A stretch of 64,000 nucleotides of DNA from Candidatus Cloacimonadales bacterium (GTDB taxonomy: Bacteria; Cloacimonadota; Cloacimonadia; Cloacimonadales; JAIOQZ01): positions 640,001 through 704,000 of the forward strand of contig OY762463.1 of NCBI GenBank assembly GCA_963665815.1. The letters are read 5' to 3'. The notes beneath the pieces are model-generated. The model saw only the letters and a program-made list of their open reading frames with translations, ran no database searches and was not told the DNA's origin. Below are positions 17,102-26,085 of this stretch, piece by piece. The translations under genes were made by a program, and so were the position numbers. Numbering within the stretch: position 1 is the stretch's first letter; each line of letters opens with the position of its first letter.

Positions 17102-19487
17102 CTGTACCATTATCATTAAGAATTTCTTCGTTTTCTTTCTGAACAAGTGCAGCTTCTGTTTTCTCAATTTTAATTTCATCGTTAATTATCTTGTATTTTT
17201 CGTATTCACCTTCGATAGTGTATTTAGCTTTATACTCCTGAACAACATCTCTGCTATCACCGTAAATATTCGCAATCTTCGGAGCATAGGCAACAATAAG
17301 TCCCGCAAATACAATACTTACCATACTCATAAGCTTGATAAGAATATTGATTGATGGTCCGGCTGTATCTTTGAATGGATCACCAACAGTATCACCAACA
17401 ACACATGCTTTATGGCAATCTGAACCTTTACCACCCATGTGACCTGATTCAACATACTTCTTAGCATTGTCCCAGGCACCACCGGCGTTGTTCATCATAA
17501 TTGCAAGAACAAAACCTGTAGCAAGTCCACCGGCAAGAAGACCGAGAACACCTGCTATACCAAGAGTCAATCCGATTACAATTGGTGTAAAAAGACCAAG
17601 AAGTGCAGGTGCAACCATTTCTTTCTGAGCACCCATTGTTGAGATTTTCACACAACGAGCGTAATCAGGTGTTGCTTTTCCTTCCATGATACCTTTGATT
17701 TCTCTGAACTGTCTTCTTACTTCTGCAACCATGTCGCCTGCAGCTCTACCAACAGCTTTCATGGTCATCGCTGCAAAAACGAAAGAAACCATCGCACCGA
17801 TAAAGATACCGATGAGGAACTTAGGATTCATAAGGTGTACTTCATAGTAATTCATGAAGTCAGTAGCTGTGGCTGTTTTTGTTACAATCCATTTATTCGC
17901 AACTTCTACAAATATTCTATGTGTTTCAGGGTTAAGTCCGGCTTTTTCTACGAGGATAAGAATACCCGTTCTTACTTCTTCAAGATAAGCAGCGAGAAGA
18001 GCCATAGCTGTAAGAGCTGCTGAACCGATTGCAAAGCCCTTACCTGTAGCAGCAGTAGTGTTACCAACGGAGTCAAGAGCATCTGTTCTTTCTCTTACGC
18101 TTTTTGGAAGCTCGGACATTTCTGCATTACCACCTGCGTTATCTGCGATAGGACCAAAAGCATCCATAGCCAGAGTAACACCAAGTGTTGCCAGCATACC
18201 AACTGCACCAAAACCGATTCCGTAGAGTCCCATTTCAGGCATTGTAAATCCACCGCTCACACTGAATGCTGCGATGATACCAATACCGATAATGATAACA
18301 GGAGCGGCTGTAGAGTTCATACCAACTGCAAGACCGTCAATTATAACGGTTGCAGGACCGAACTCAGCCTGTTTAGCAATACCCTGTGTAGGTTTGTAAG
18401 CATCAGAAGTAGCTCTTTCTGTGAAGTATCCGATAAGTATTCCTGCAACAAGACCAATCACACTTGCCATAAATACGCCAAATGCATATTTCTCAGGAAG
18501 CATGTATTTTGTTACGAAGAATGCAACGATTGCGATAAGAACTGAACTTCCGTAAACACCTTTATTTAATGCGAACATTAAGTCTTTAGTTGTAGCATCT
18601 TCTTTTGTAGATGCCATATAGATTCCGATAATGGAAAGGAATGCTCCAACACCAGCCAGTACCATCGGTGCTGTGATAAACTTTATAGCCCAGTCATGGA
18701 AAGCCGGTCCAAGCTGAGTGACAGCAGCCATACCAAGCGCAGCAGTAGCCAGAATTGAACCTGCATAAGATTCATAAAGGTCTGCTCCCATACCGGCAAC
18801 GTCACCAACGTTATCACCAACATTATCTGCTATTGTAGCCGGATTACGCGGATCGTCTTCCGGGATACCAGCCTCAACCTTACCAACAAGGTCAGCACCA
18901 ACATCAGCAGCTTTTGTATAGATACCACCACCGAGACGTGCGAACAACGCCTGAGTAGATGCTCCCATACCGAAGCTGAGCATGATAACAGTTATTTTGT
19001 GTAAGTCCATACCGTAGAGTTTAAGGCCGTAGAACCATGCTGAAATATCAATCAAAGCCAGTCCTACAACAACAAGTCCCATTACTCCGCCTGCTCTGAA
19101 TGCAACTTTCAGTCCCTGATTAAGACTTTTTGAAGCTGCCTGAGCTGTTCTGTTGGAGGCGAGAGTAGCTGTATTCATTCCAATGAAGCCTGCCAGACCG
19201 GAAAAAAAACCACCGGAAAGGAATGCCCATGGAATAAGCGGGTGAAGAACCTTTAAGCCCCAAGCCATAATATTAAATACTATAATTGCACCTATAAAGA
19301 AGAAACCAACTCCCTTATACTGCTGTCTCAGATATGCAAAAGAACCGTCTCTGACATGCTTTGCAATTTCCTGCATTCTTGCATTGCCCGGATCCTGTTT
19401 TTTTACATTTCTGAAGAGAATATACGAAAAAATCAGTGCTACGACTGCTCCGGCAGGAGCTACGTACCATATTGCCGGTATATTCAT
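17094..19487 (-). CDS. hppA: Membrane-integral ion-translocating pyrophosphatase, K+-dependent type (probably Na+-PPase)
   Basis: [35 protein letters not shown] (Ala marks the K+-dependent type), [11 protein letters not shown]. Confidence 0.95.
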   Translation of the reverse strand: MNIPAIWYVAPAGAVVALIFSYILFRNVKKQDPGNARMQEIAKHVRDGSFAYLRQQYKGVGFFFIGAIIVFNIMAWGLKVLHPLIPWAFLSGGFFSGLAGFIGMNTATLASNRTAQAASKSLNQGLKVAFRAGGVMGLVVVGLALIDISAWFYGLKLYGMDLHKITVIMLSFGMGASTQALFARLGGGIYTKAADVGADLVGKVEAGIPEDDPRNPATIADNVGDNVGDVAGMGADLYESYAGSILATAALGMAAVTQLGPAFHDWAIKFITAPMVLAGVGAFLSIIGIYMASTKEDATTKDLMFALNKGVYGSSVLIAIVAFFVTKYMLPEKYAFGVFMASVIGLVAGILIGYFTERATSDAYKPTQGIAKQAEFGPATVIIDGLAVGMNSTAAPVIIIGIGIIAAFSVSGGFTMPEMGLYGIGFGAVGMLATLGVTLAMDAFGPIADNAGGNAEMSELPKSVRERTDALDSVGNTTAATGKGFAIGSAALTAMALLAAYLEEVRTGILILVEKAGLNPETHRIFVEVANKWIVTKTATATDFMNYYEVHLMNPKFLIGIFIGAMVSFVFAAMTMKAVGRAAGDMVAEVRRQFREIKGIMEGKATPDYARCVKISTMGAQKEMVAPALLGLFTPIVIGLTLGIAGVLGLLAGGLATGFVLAIMMNNAGGAWDNAKKYVESGHMGGKGSDCHKACVVGDTVGDPFKDTAGPSINILIKLMSMVSIVFAGLIVAYAPKIANIYGDSRDVVQEYKAKYTIEGEYEKYKIINDEIKIEKTEAALVQKENEEILNDNGTDE

Positions 19488-19743
19488 TTAAACCTCCAAA
19501 TATTGTTTCGTGAGATGCCAACATTCTCACTTGAAATTAGTTGTCAAGTCACTGTCTAAAAAAGTCAAGTTCTTTGTATTTAAAAATGTGCTTATTTTGC
19601 TTTGATAGCATAATAATCTGAAATAGCGTTCGCATTATCCGTGTATAGTTTTGACATAGAAATTATGTAGTGAGAAATAGTAGTCTGGTGCAACTGAAAT
19701 TGTTTTAAGATATGTTATTGTGGTTGCAAACCAGGTAAGATAG

Positions 19744-19773
19744 AACCACGAAATACACAAAAAGACACGAAAG
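19744..19773 (+). repeat. Short imperfect tandem repeat, (A/C)CACGAAA-like x3
   Basis: AACCACGAAATACACAAAAAGACACGAAAG. Confidence 0.45.
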
Positions 19774-19832
19774 TATTGTTCTTCCAAGCCCCGGGATTAA
19801 CTCTTTTGGAATGGTCAGAGACATTCTATAAA

Positions 19833-20050
19833 GGTGTAGCACAAAAGTTCCTGACATACCGTGTGAAAGGAGTCGAAACATGCGTAAATATAAGTATTTA
19901 CATGCCTTGAAGAAATTCGGGACTATTTCATTAAGAAATGATGTTTCAACATCACATTTAGTAAAGCTGAATCAATTCTTCCATTGGAGTGAAGTTTTTA
20001 CTCAATGTTTCATGGCAATGAGCCTACCCCATATTTTGTACCAAGTCTAA
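19833..20050 (+). mobile_element. Probable truncated IS5-like element: left end plus a 56-aa transposase N-terminal stub (19880-20050)
   Basis: GGTGTAGCACAAAAGT end-like sequence; AAGGAG RBS; ORF contains SHLVKLNQFFHWSEVF, resembling the HxLxKLxxxIxW motif of IS5-family transposases; no DDE domain. Confidence 0.45.
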
Positions 20051-20134
20051 GTTTAGTAAGTTTGAGTTATTCTGATTGATTTTGTTTCAACAAGATTTTT
20101 TATAGTAATTTCTATATTATACCAAACACTGTTA

Positions 20135-20644
20135 CTATTCCAGTGGAATCCATTCTCCTTTATTTACATCGTAACGATAACGTATCCGTGATTTCCAATC
20201 GACTGCATAGTATTTCTTCATGAAGTAAGTTACTTCAGATTCATCATTAATTTCTCTATCAATAAAACATGCCATCCATCCAGAAGGCAATAAAGTATAT
20301 GTATCCCAAACATCTTGGAACACAAATGTATCAAATTTCATTTTTTTTAGATCATTTAGAGTCGTCCCAATAGAAACACCTTCTGGACTAATGAAGGAAC
20401 TATCTGAAACGTGAATGATGCGAACAGTATCTGAAAATATCAAAAATTTGAACTCAATTCCATCAACTTTTGAGTGATACCATCTAGAACCATTTAAGTA
20501 ATGATCGTCATGGTAGTACATGAATAACCTGCAGTCTATTTTGTCTCCGATATTCAAACTATCCATATTAGGCACAAATTTGAGAAATGTGCAAGAAAAA
20601 CAAACTAATGCTGATGCAATCAAAATAAACTTTCTCATTTTCAT
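20135..20644 (-). CDS. Hypothetical lipoprotein
   Basis: AAGGAG RBS; signal peptide ending FSC; SPEGVSIGTTLNDL motif. Confidence 0.7.
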   Translation of the reverse strand: MKMRKFILIASALVCFSCTFLKFVPNMDSLNIGDKIDCRLFMYYHDDHYLNGSRWYHSKVDGIEFKFLIFSDTVRIIHVSDSSFISPEGVSIGTTLNDLKKMKFDTFVFQDVWDTYTLLPSGWMACFIDREINDESEVTYFMKKYYAVDWKSRIRYRYDVNKGEWIPLE

Positions 20645-20726
20645 TTTATAAATACTCCTTTCTTAAAGCAAAGTGAGATATCTCACTTCATCTCGTGCGT
20701 AAATCTAAGAAGAGGGACGTATGAGT

Positions 20727-20863
20727 TTATAATTCCTGGACTAATGGCAATATCTGCTCTCGGGCGTTTATCAAGAATTCATCTACAGACATCTCTTTGT
20801 AGAACAACAGTCCATGACAAGCACGCAATCTCGGTATTTCACTCTGATAAAAATAGTATTCCC
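20727..20863 (-). pseudogene. Orphan diverged copy of the nagB 3' end
   Basis: 20758-20857 matches 22462-22561 at 89/100 nt; encodes identical YFYQSEIPRLRACHGLLFYKEMSVDEFLINARE, then QILPLVQEL*. Confidence 0.9.
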
Positions 20864-20962
20864 CTTATACAATTCAGCCTCCTTACTCCATAATATGGCA
20901 AAATTGAGCTCATTAGTGGCAAAAGGTCAAGAAAATTGTTCACTTGATTATAATCCTCCTAT

Positions 20963-21204
20963 ACATTTTTCAACATCATACCTTGTACAGCTAAAGCAGT
21001 ACTCCTGAATATAGTCCCCTTCGCAATGGACCTGTCCTTGCGAATGGTGGTCTTGATAGGCTCTAAGGGCTATTTTTTGGAGTGCATTGACTGTGTCAAT
21101 GCAAAGACGGAACAATGATTATTGTTCCCTACACACGTAACTTCCTGCGAAGAACGTAAAACATATTTCAACCTCATATCATGTACAGCTAAAGTAGTAC
21201 TTCC
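20963..21204. repeat. Imperfect direct repeat (about 41 bp; 20963-21003 and 21161-21201) enclosing several hairpins
   Basis: ACAT(T/A)TTTCAAC(A/C)TCATA(C/T)C(T/A)TGTACAGCTAAAG(C/T)AGTACT, 5 mismatches. Confidence 0.8.
21107..21132 (-). repeat. GTAG-type REP-like palindrome
   Basis: Minus strand GTAG-GGAACAAT-AATC-ATTGTTCC-GT: GTAG tetranucleotide followed by an 8-bp stem. Confidence 0.55.
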
Positions 21205-21259
21205 ATGGGGTTGACGTTTTAATGTCACATCATCAACTAATAAGCCAATTGGAGTAGGC

Positions 21260-22348
21260 TTATATTTTCTTTGGGATCACTGTCAGTGAATCCCATGGAA
21301 AACTTTTAACTATTTGCTTGGTCTCCGGATCTAGTATTGCTAAATGATATATGTCTTGGGGAGATACTAAACCTATCATAAGATCGGATTCCGGTAAAAA
21401 CTGAACATTTTCAATTCCGATTCTTCCCCAAAGAGTATCAAATGGTTTTCCATCTATTGTACCGGTGAAATCCAAGATAGTGCCTTCCTCAAATTTCATT
21501 TTGTATAAACCGGATTTGTTGCTTGAAATTACATAATTTTTATGTTTTGGGATTTTAATATCATTATTAACATTAAAATCACTATTTGTTGAAATGTTTC
21601 CAATGTATTTCATACTTAGTTTTTCAAGTCTATTATCGTCCAGATAGAACTTATAGTAGCCATTTGCAAATGGCTTTCTGCTGAATTCCACATTGTATCT
21701 CTTATTGTTCTTCTTAATATAATTTTCATCTGAGACAATCTCACAGTAAAATAAATTATTGTTTTCATTGTATATCACATTCCCAAGACATCCAATCATC
21801 CATTTACTAAGCCTATGCATTTTCTTGTTCTCAATATCAAATTCATAAAAATCATTACTATAGTGTGTCCAGTGCTGTTTATTATATAGTTCATCAGTCA
21901 TTCGAGATCCGACAATGTAAAGCTTAGTATTTGTAGAGTTAACAAAATAGCGTTTGATCATCATAGAGCTGTCATTGTTTTTGAGTATAGTATCCTGAAC
22001 TGACCCATCAGTATTTGTTCGACATATATCATAACAAAATCTTTCGTCTGAGTAATGCATATAATACACTTGCTTACCATCGTCCGAGACTACAGGATAT
22101 ATATTATTTCCTTTGTCTATCAGAACATGAACATTTCCTGTTGATGTATCAAGTTTACAAATTTTCAGATCACCGTTCATATTCATTGAGAAGTATACAT
22201 TGTCATCTATTCCGACAGAGTATTTGTAAGGAAACATACCATACAGTGGACTTCTCACTCTTCCGGCGTTAAATATTTTATTGAATGTGTATCCACAGCC
22301 TGCTAAAGTCAATGTACTAAGGAATAAGAGAAAAAGTCTCTTTAGCAT
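21260..22348 (-). CDS. Hypothetical lipoprotein with TolB-like beta-propeller blades
   Basis: LAGC lipobox; YPVVSDDGKQVYY and ICRTNTDGS blade motifs; AGGAG RBS. Confidence 0.72.
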   Translation of the reverse strand: MLKRLFLLFLSTLTLAGCGYTFNKIFNAGRVRSPLYGMFPYKYSVGIDDNVYFSMNMNGDLKICKLDTSTGNVHVLIDKGNNIYPVVSDDGKQVYYMHYSDERFCYDICRTNTDGSVQDTILKNNDSSMMIKRYFVNSTNTKLYIVGSRMTDELYNKQHWTHYSNDFYEFDIENKKMHRLSKWMIGCLGNVIYNENNNLFYCEIVSDENYIKKNNKRYNVEFSRKPFANGYYKFYLDDNRLEKLSMKYIGNISTNSDFNVNNDIKIPKHKNYVISSNKSGLYKMKFEEGTILDFTGTIDGKPFDTLWGRIGIENVQFLPESDLMIGLVSPQDIYHLAILDPETKQIVKSFPWDSLTVIPKKI

Positions 22349-22427
22349 AATAACTCCTATTGATATTGAGAGAAGTTATTCCCTCTCATTGAAACATAAT
22401 TACAATTCTCGATAATGATCAACTTTA

Positions 22428-24755
22428 TCACAACTCCATTCCTTCCATTGAGCGTTGCAGTTCTCGTGCGTTTATCAGGAACTCATCCACAGACATCTCT
22501 TTGTAGAACAGCAGTCCATGGCAGGCACGCAGTCGCGGAATTTCACTCTGATAGAAATAGTGTTTCCCAAGCAGTAACTGGATTGTCTTTAGCTGATCCA
22601 CCCATATTTTCTGAGCAAGCTCGTTAAACTTTCCGTCATGACGATAACTCGGAAATGAAGCGTTTACCTGGCTGAGATAAGAGTTCGTGAATGCGGAATC
22701 CAGATTTGACATAGCATTGAGAGATACAGGCACTATCACATTTGCTTCTGCCGGATGGAACTGATACCACACATTACGGTATCCCCAGATTCTCAAACCT
22801 GTCAAATCCTTTTCCTTCTTCCAATACCTTACAGCTTCTGCTATCGTCTGCAAAACTTTGTAATGAGTATCAGGACCGGAGCCTTCCGGATCAAGTGCCA
22901 GACTGATTACCGTAGGGTCAATCTTTTTGAGCATATCGAGAACAGGTTTTACATCTCTCTCAAAGTTAGGTTGTTCCGTAAAAATATCTCCTGTGTAAAA
23001 GCCCAGTCGTAAATGCTGCACCTGTCTGGTTGGTATACCATAATGTGCCCAGACCAACTCTTCTTCGTATTCCCTAACCATTCCTTTCAACTTCTGTATC
23101 TCAGGAACATCCTTTTCCCCATTGTAAATAGATTTCAATCCTGTTAGAATCTCATTTATCTGTGCAATAAGCTGTTCTTTGCTTTTTATCTGCCATATTT
23201 CTACAATACTGCGGACAAGTCTGTGTGACAACGCTCTGTTCAGTTCCTTAGGTTCACAGGAAGCAACGCGAATAAGGTAATGGTAAACATCCTTATCTCT
23301 TTTGTGTAGGTAGCCCGATTCAAAGAAATCAGCATACTTAAGCATCTGCACCTGTCCAATATCAATAAAATGCAATGTATCTTCCAAGGCTTTGATGATG
23401 AATTTGTTGGTAACGGCAGTAAATCCGGAAGTAAGCACAGCAAAATGAGCCGAGTTTGTCTCGTTACGCAAAGTCCGGTGAATATGCGGAAGCAGTCCGA
23501 GCATAATATCATCGTGGTGAGGTCCTGTGTGCAGAAATCTTTGATTGCTCTCCCCTGCCATGCCTTTGTGTATCTTCTTCTCAATCGTCTGCTGTACCTG
23601 TGGTACCGTTTCTTCATTAACCGACGGAATAAGTCTGCAGTATTCATCATGATTAAGGTCATCCATAGTAATATGATGTCCGTACTTATACAGTCTGCTG
23701 CATAAATCGATGATAGCTCGTTCAGTTTTCTCTCGGTTCCACTCTCCACCGGTATAATACTGCTTAATCATGTCATCTAAACGGCAGGCTGCTCCCTGAG
23801 TGATATAAAATCTGCTGTTCTTCAACCCTCTCAGCACTGAAGCGGGATAGATATTAGAAGGCGTGTTCTCCAGAGCATCTTTCACGACAGGTGCTTTTGC
23901 TTCTCCCGCTGCAATGATAATTGCTGTAACATCCTTATTATAGACAATAGTATCCAGCCCGATCGTGATAACAAGGTGGTCTCTGGCAACTTCGATTCCT
24001 CCCAGGTCACCTGCAGCAACAGCTTCTGTTTCAAAGTTGATTGAGGTTAACCTGGTTGTAGAGTAATGGTCAGATCCTCTGGTGTTAAATGCTATATGAC
24101 CGTCCGGTCCAATACCTCCAAGAAAGAATCCTATTCCTCCCTTAGCTCGGATTTTTGCTTCATACTCGCTGCACCAGTTATCAATGGCAAAGATTGACTG
24201 CTGTTGGATAACTTCGAAGGCATTCTTAGCTTCACGGTAACGCAGACTGAGATCAACTTTGCCTTCCGGGAATACTTCTGAATAGGTTATCCCTTCCGGT
24301 AAAGGAATCTCGTTGCAGTTAATCAGTTGTGCTTTAGCAGGATCAAGCCCCAGACCCTGAATATAAAATTTATTTACATAATAGTAAAAGCTGTTGTGCT
24401 GTTTTGAGTTGATTGGGTAAAATTCATCGATCTGTACAAAATGCAGATTATTAAAGCAGGGCTTGTTTTTGCCGTCTATGTCATATCTTTTAAGGATAGC
24501 CTGAATTTTATCAGTATCCCAGTTACTGATAATATGCTGTGTCCATTTAATGAAAAACTCAGGAGTCTTCCCTGTAGGCAGACTGATAACACCATTGGGA
24601 TTATTCTGTACCCACTCGATAAATCGCAAAGCTGTCAAAAAACCAAGTTGAGGAAAATTCTCGACAATTAAATATGGTATATCAGTTGTAATTGATTGTT
24701 GCTCTGAAATCTGAAGGAATGCCTGTTCTATTTTTGAGAAGTGATAGTCTTTCAT
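22428..24755 (-). CDS. nagB: Long glucosamine-6-phosphate deaminase with C-terminal PIG-L/LmbE-like domain
   Basis: SLPTGKTP, QIDEFY, LGGIGPDGHIAFN, ITIGL; second domain with GPHHDD and DPEGSGPDTHYK. Confidence 0.88.
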   Translation of the reverse strand: MKDYHFSKIEQAFLQISEQQSITTDIPYLIVENFPQLGFLTALRFIEWVQNNPNGVISLPTGKTPEFFIKWTQHIISNWDTDKIQAILKRYDIDGKNKPCFNNLHFVQIDEFYPINSKQHNSFYYYVNKFYIQGLGLDPAKAQLINCNEIPLPEGITYSEVFPEGKVDLSLRYREAKNAFEVIQQQSIFAIDNWCSEYEAKIRAKGGIGFFLGGIGPDGHIAFNTRGSDHYSTTRLTSINFETEAVAAGDLGGIEVARDHLVITIGLDTIVYNKDVTAIIIAAGEAKAPVVKDALENTPSNIYPASVLRGLKNSRFYITQGAACRLDDMIKQYYTGGEWNREKTERAIIDLCSRLYKYGHHITMDDLNHDEYCRLIPSVNEETVPQVQQTIEKKIHKGMAGESNQRFLHTGPHHDDIMLGLLPHIHRTLRNETNSAHFAVLTSGFTAVTNKFIIKALEDTLHFIDIGQVQMLKYADFFESGYLHKRDKDVYHYLIRVASCEPKELNRALSHRLVRSIVEIWQIKSKEQLIAQINEILTGLKSIYNGEKDVPEIQKLKGMVREYEEELVWAHYGIPTRQVQHLRLGFYTGDIFTEQPNFERDVKPVLDMLKKIDPTVISLALDPEGSGPDTHYKVLQTIAEAVRYWKKEKDLTGLRIWGYRNVWYQFHPAEANVIVPVSLNAMSNLDSAFTNSYLSQVNASFPSYRHDGKFNELAQKIWVDQLKTIQLLLGKHYFYQSEIPRLRACHGLLFYKEMSVDEFLINARELQRSMEGMEL

Positions 24756-25020
24756 TATTGCTCCAACATTTTACTTTGTGATTGAGATTGCATAGATGAT
24801 TATCGTACTAAGAGTGTCAATAAAATAAAGGCGGTAGAGATTTTTTTTGAAAGAAGTATAGATTTTCGCACATTTCTGATTATGATGAGAATCAGTATTC
24901 ATCTATTTTCTTAAAAGATGATTCATAGACATTTCTTGTATGAATTTTACTCATTCTTTAATCCTAAAATACTTGGTTTACAAAGAGAAATCGTTACTTT
25001 CTATTAAAAAGGAGATTCCA

Positions 25021-25701
25021 ATGAAAAATTTGTTTTTTACAATTTTAGTATTCTTTTTGATGTTTTCTAATATGCAGGCAGAAGAAGTATGGAAAATTAC
25101 TTCTCTCGACTGGCAGCCTTATTCAGGAGGAGACTTAACTAATCAGGGAAATTCTATTCAGAAGCTGAGAGAGGAGTTGAAGAAAGAAAATATACGGCTT
25201 CTTGTCGAATTTTATCCATGGAAGCGAGCTCAGAATATTGCGATAAACAAGGATTATGTCGGTTACTTCCCAGCATGGCCTGAAGAAGTCTCTGATGGTT
25301 TTGAGGAATCAATTGCCATAGACTGGTCCGAGATTGCCTTAATGACAAAATCAGACTTTAATGTAGAATATACGAGTATTGATGAACTTTGCAGTAAATA
25401 CAAATTCGCCATAATAACCACATATGTTTATCCTAAAGAAATAAATGATGCTGTAAAAAAATATTCATCAAACGTTGTTGAAGCACAAGATGAAATGTCG
25501 TTACTGAAGATGCTGTCAAAAGATCGTTTTTCTATTGCAATAACTGACCCAAATGTAATGCTGTATCATGCTGGTAAAGCGGGAATTTCCGGTATAAAGG
25601 AATACAAAGTTCTTCAGAAAAAGAAACTAGTTTTAGCACTTAGAAGAGGTAAGAATACTGAGAAAAGAGCAAAGTTGTTAAGGAAATTATTTAGAAAATA
25701 G
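25021..25701 (+). CDS. Periplasmic substrate-binding protein (family 3-like), orphan
   Basis: Signal peptide, LDWQPY, FYPWKRA; GGAG RBS before ATG 25021. Confidence 0.8.
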   Translation: MKNLFFTILVFFLMFSNMQAEEVWKITSLDWQPYSGGDLTNQGNSIQKLREELKKENIRLLVEFYPWKRAQNIAINKDYVGYFPAWPEEVSDGFEESIAIDWSEIALMTKSDFNVEYTSIDELCSKYKFAIITTYVYPKEINDAVKKYSSNVVEAQDEMSLLKMLSKDRFSIAITDPNVMLYHAGKAGISGIKEYKVLQKKKLVLALRRGKNTEKRAKLLRKLFRK

Positions 25702-25874
25702 ATTACTCTTGTTATCCAGATAATGTGAAGAAAGACTAATGATTATTCAGTTCTTCTTTTTTCAAGATTAGGATAAACTATTATACACAATATCCCTTCC
25801 CTTTGCATACTTACAAGAATTTCTTTTCCAAAATTGATTTAAAATATTGAACAACGGAGCAATGATTATTATTT

Positions 25875-25965
25875 CCGGCTTCAGTTTACGAAGTTGTAAT
25901 TCCGACAATTGTGACGGAACAGCATAAACATGTGTGTCTCGGTGCAATACATAGGCTGCAACCGG
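25875..25965. other. Long imperfect inverted repeat (about 91-nt hairpin)
   Basis: CCGGCTTCAGTTTACG...TTGTA...CCGA pairs with TCGG.TGCAA...CATAGGCTGCAACCGG; higher GC than its flanks. Confidence 0.45.
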
Positions 25966-26039
25966 CAAAAATAGAGAAAAAAAATCCATTTACCTCTAAC
26001 GCAATGTCAATTTTTGAGTAAGTGACTGATAAATATAAA

Positions 26040-26060
26040 GGGAGCAAGATAGTTGCTCCC
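26040..26060 (-). terminator. Terminator-like hairpin
   Basis: GGGAGCAA-N5-TTGCTCCC, 25 bp after the stop at 26086. Confidence 0.6.
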
Positions 26061-26085
26061 ATAGATAGAAACTAGTTATTTATCA

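Noticed and set aside
16746-17354. 202-aa plus-strand ORF and other short antisense or alternative-frame ORFs in the track (e.g. 23240-23749, 62475-62906)
   Set aside because: They are shadows of well-supported genes, with no motifs of their own
19488-19560. Riboswitch upstream of hppA
   Set aside because: Only a small hairpin (GTGAG.ATG/CATCTCAC) close to a TTGACA box; I could not match a riboswitch consensus
20963-21204. Direct repeats as a CRISPR array or integron attC sites
   Set aside because: Two copies ~157 bp apart; no clear RYYYAAC/GTTRRRY boxes and no integrase in the window
25768-25989. 73-aa ORF on the minus strand
   Set aside because: No recognisable family and it overlaps a hairpin element; probably spurious, though GAGG lies upstream
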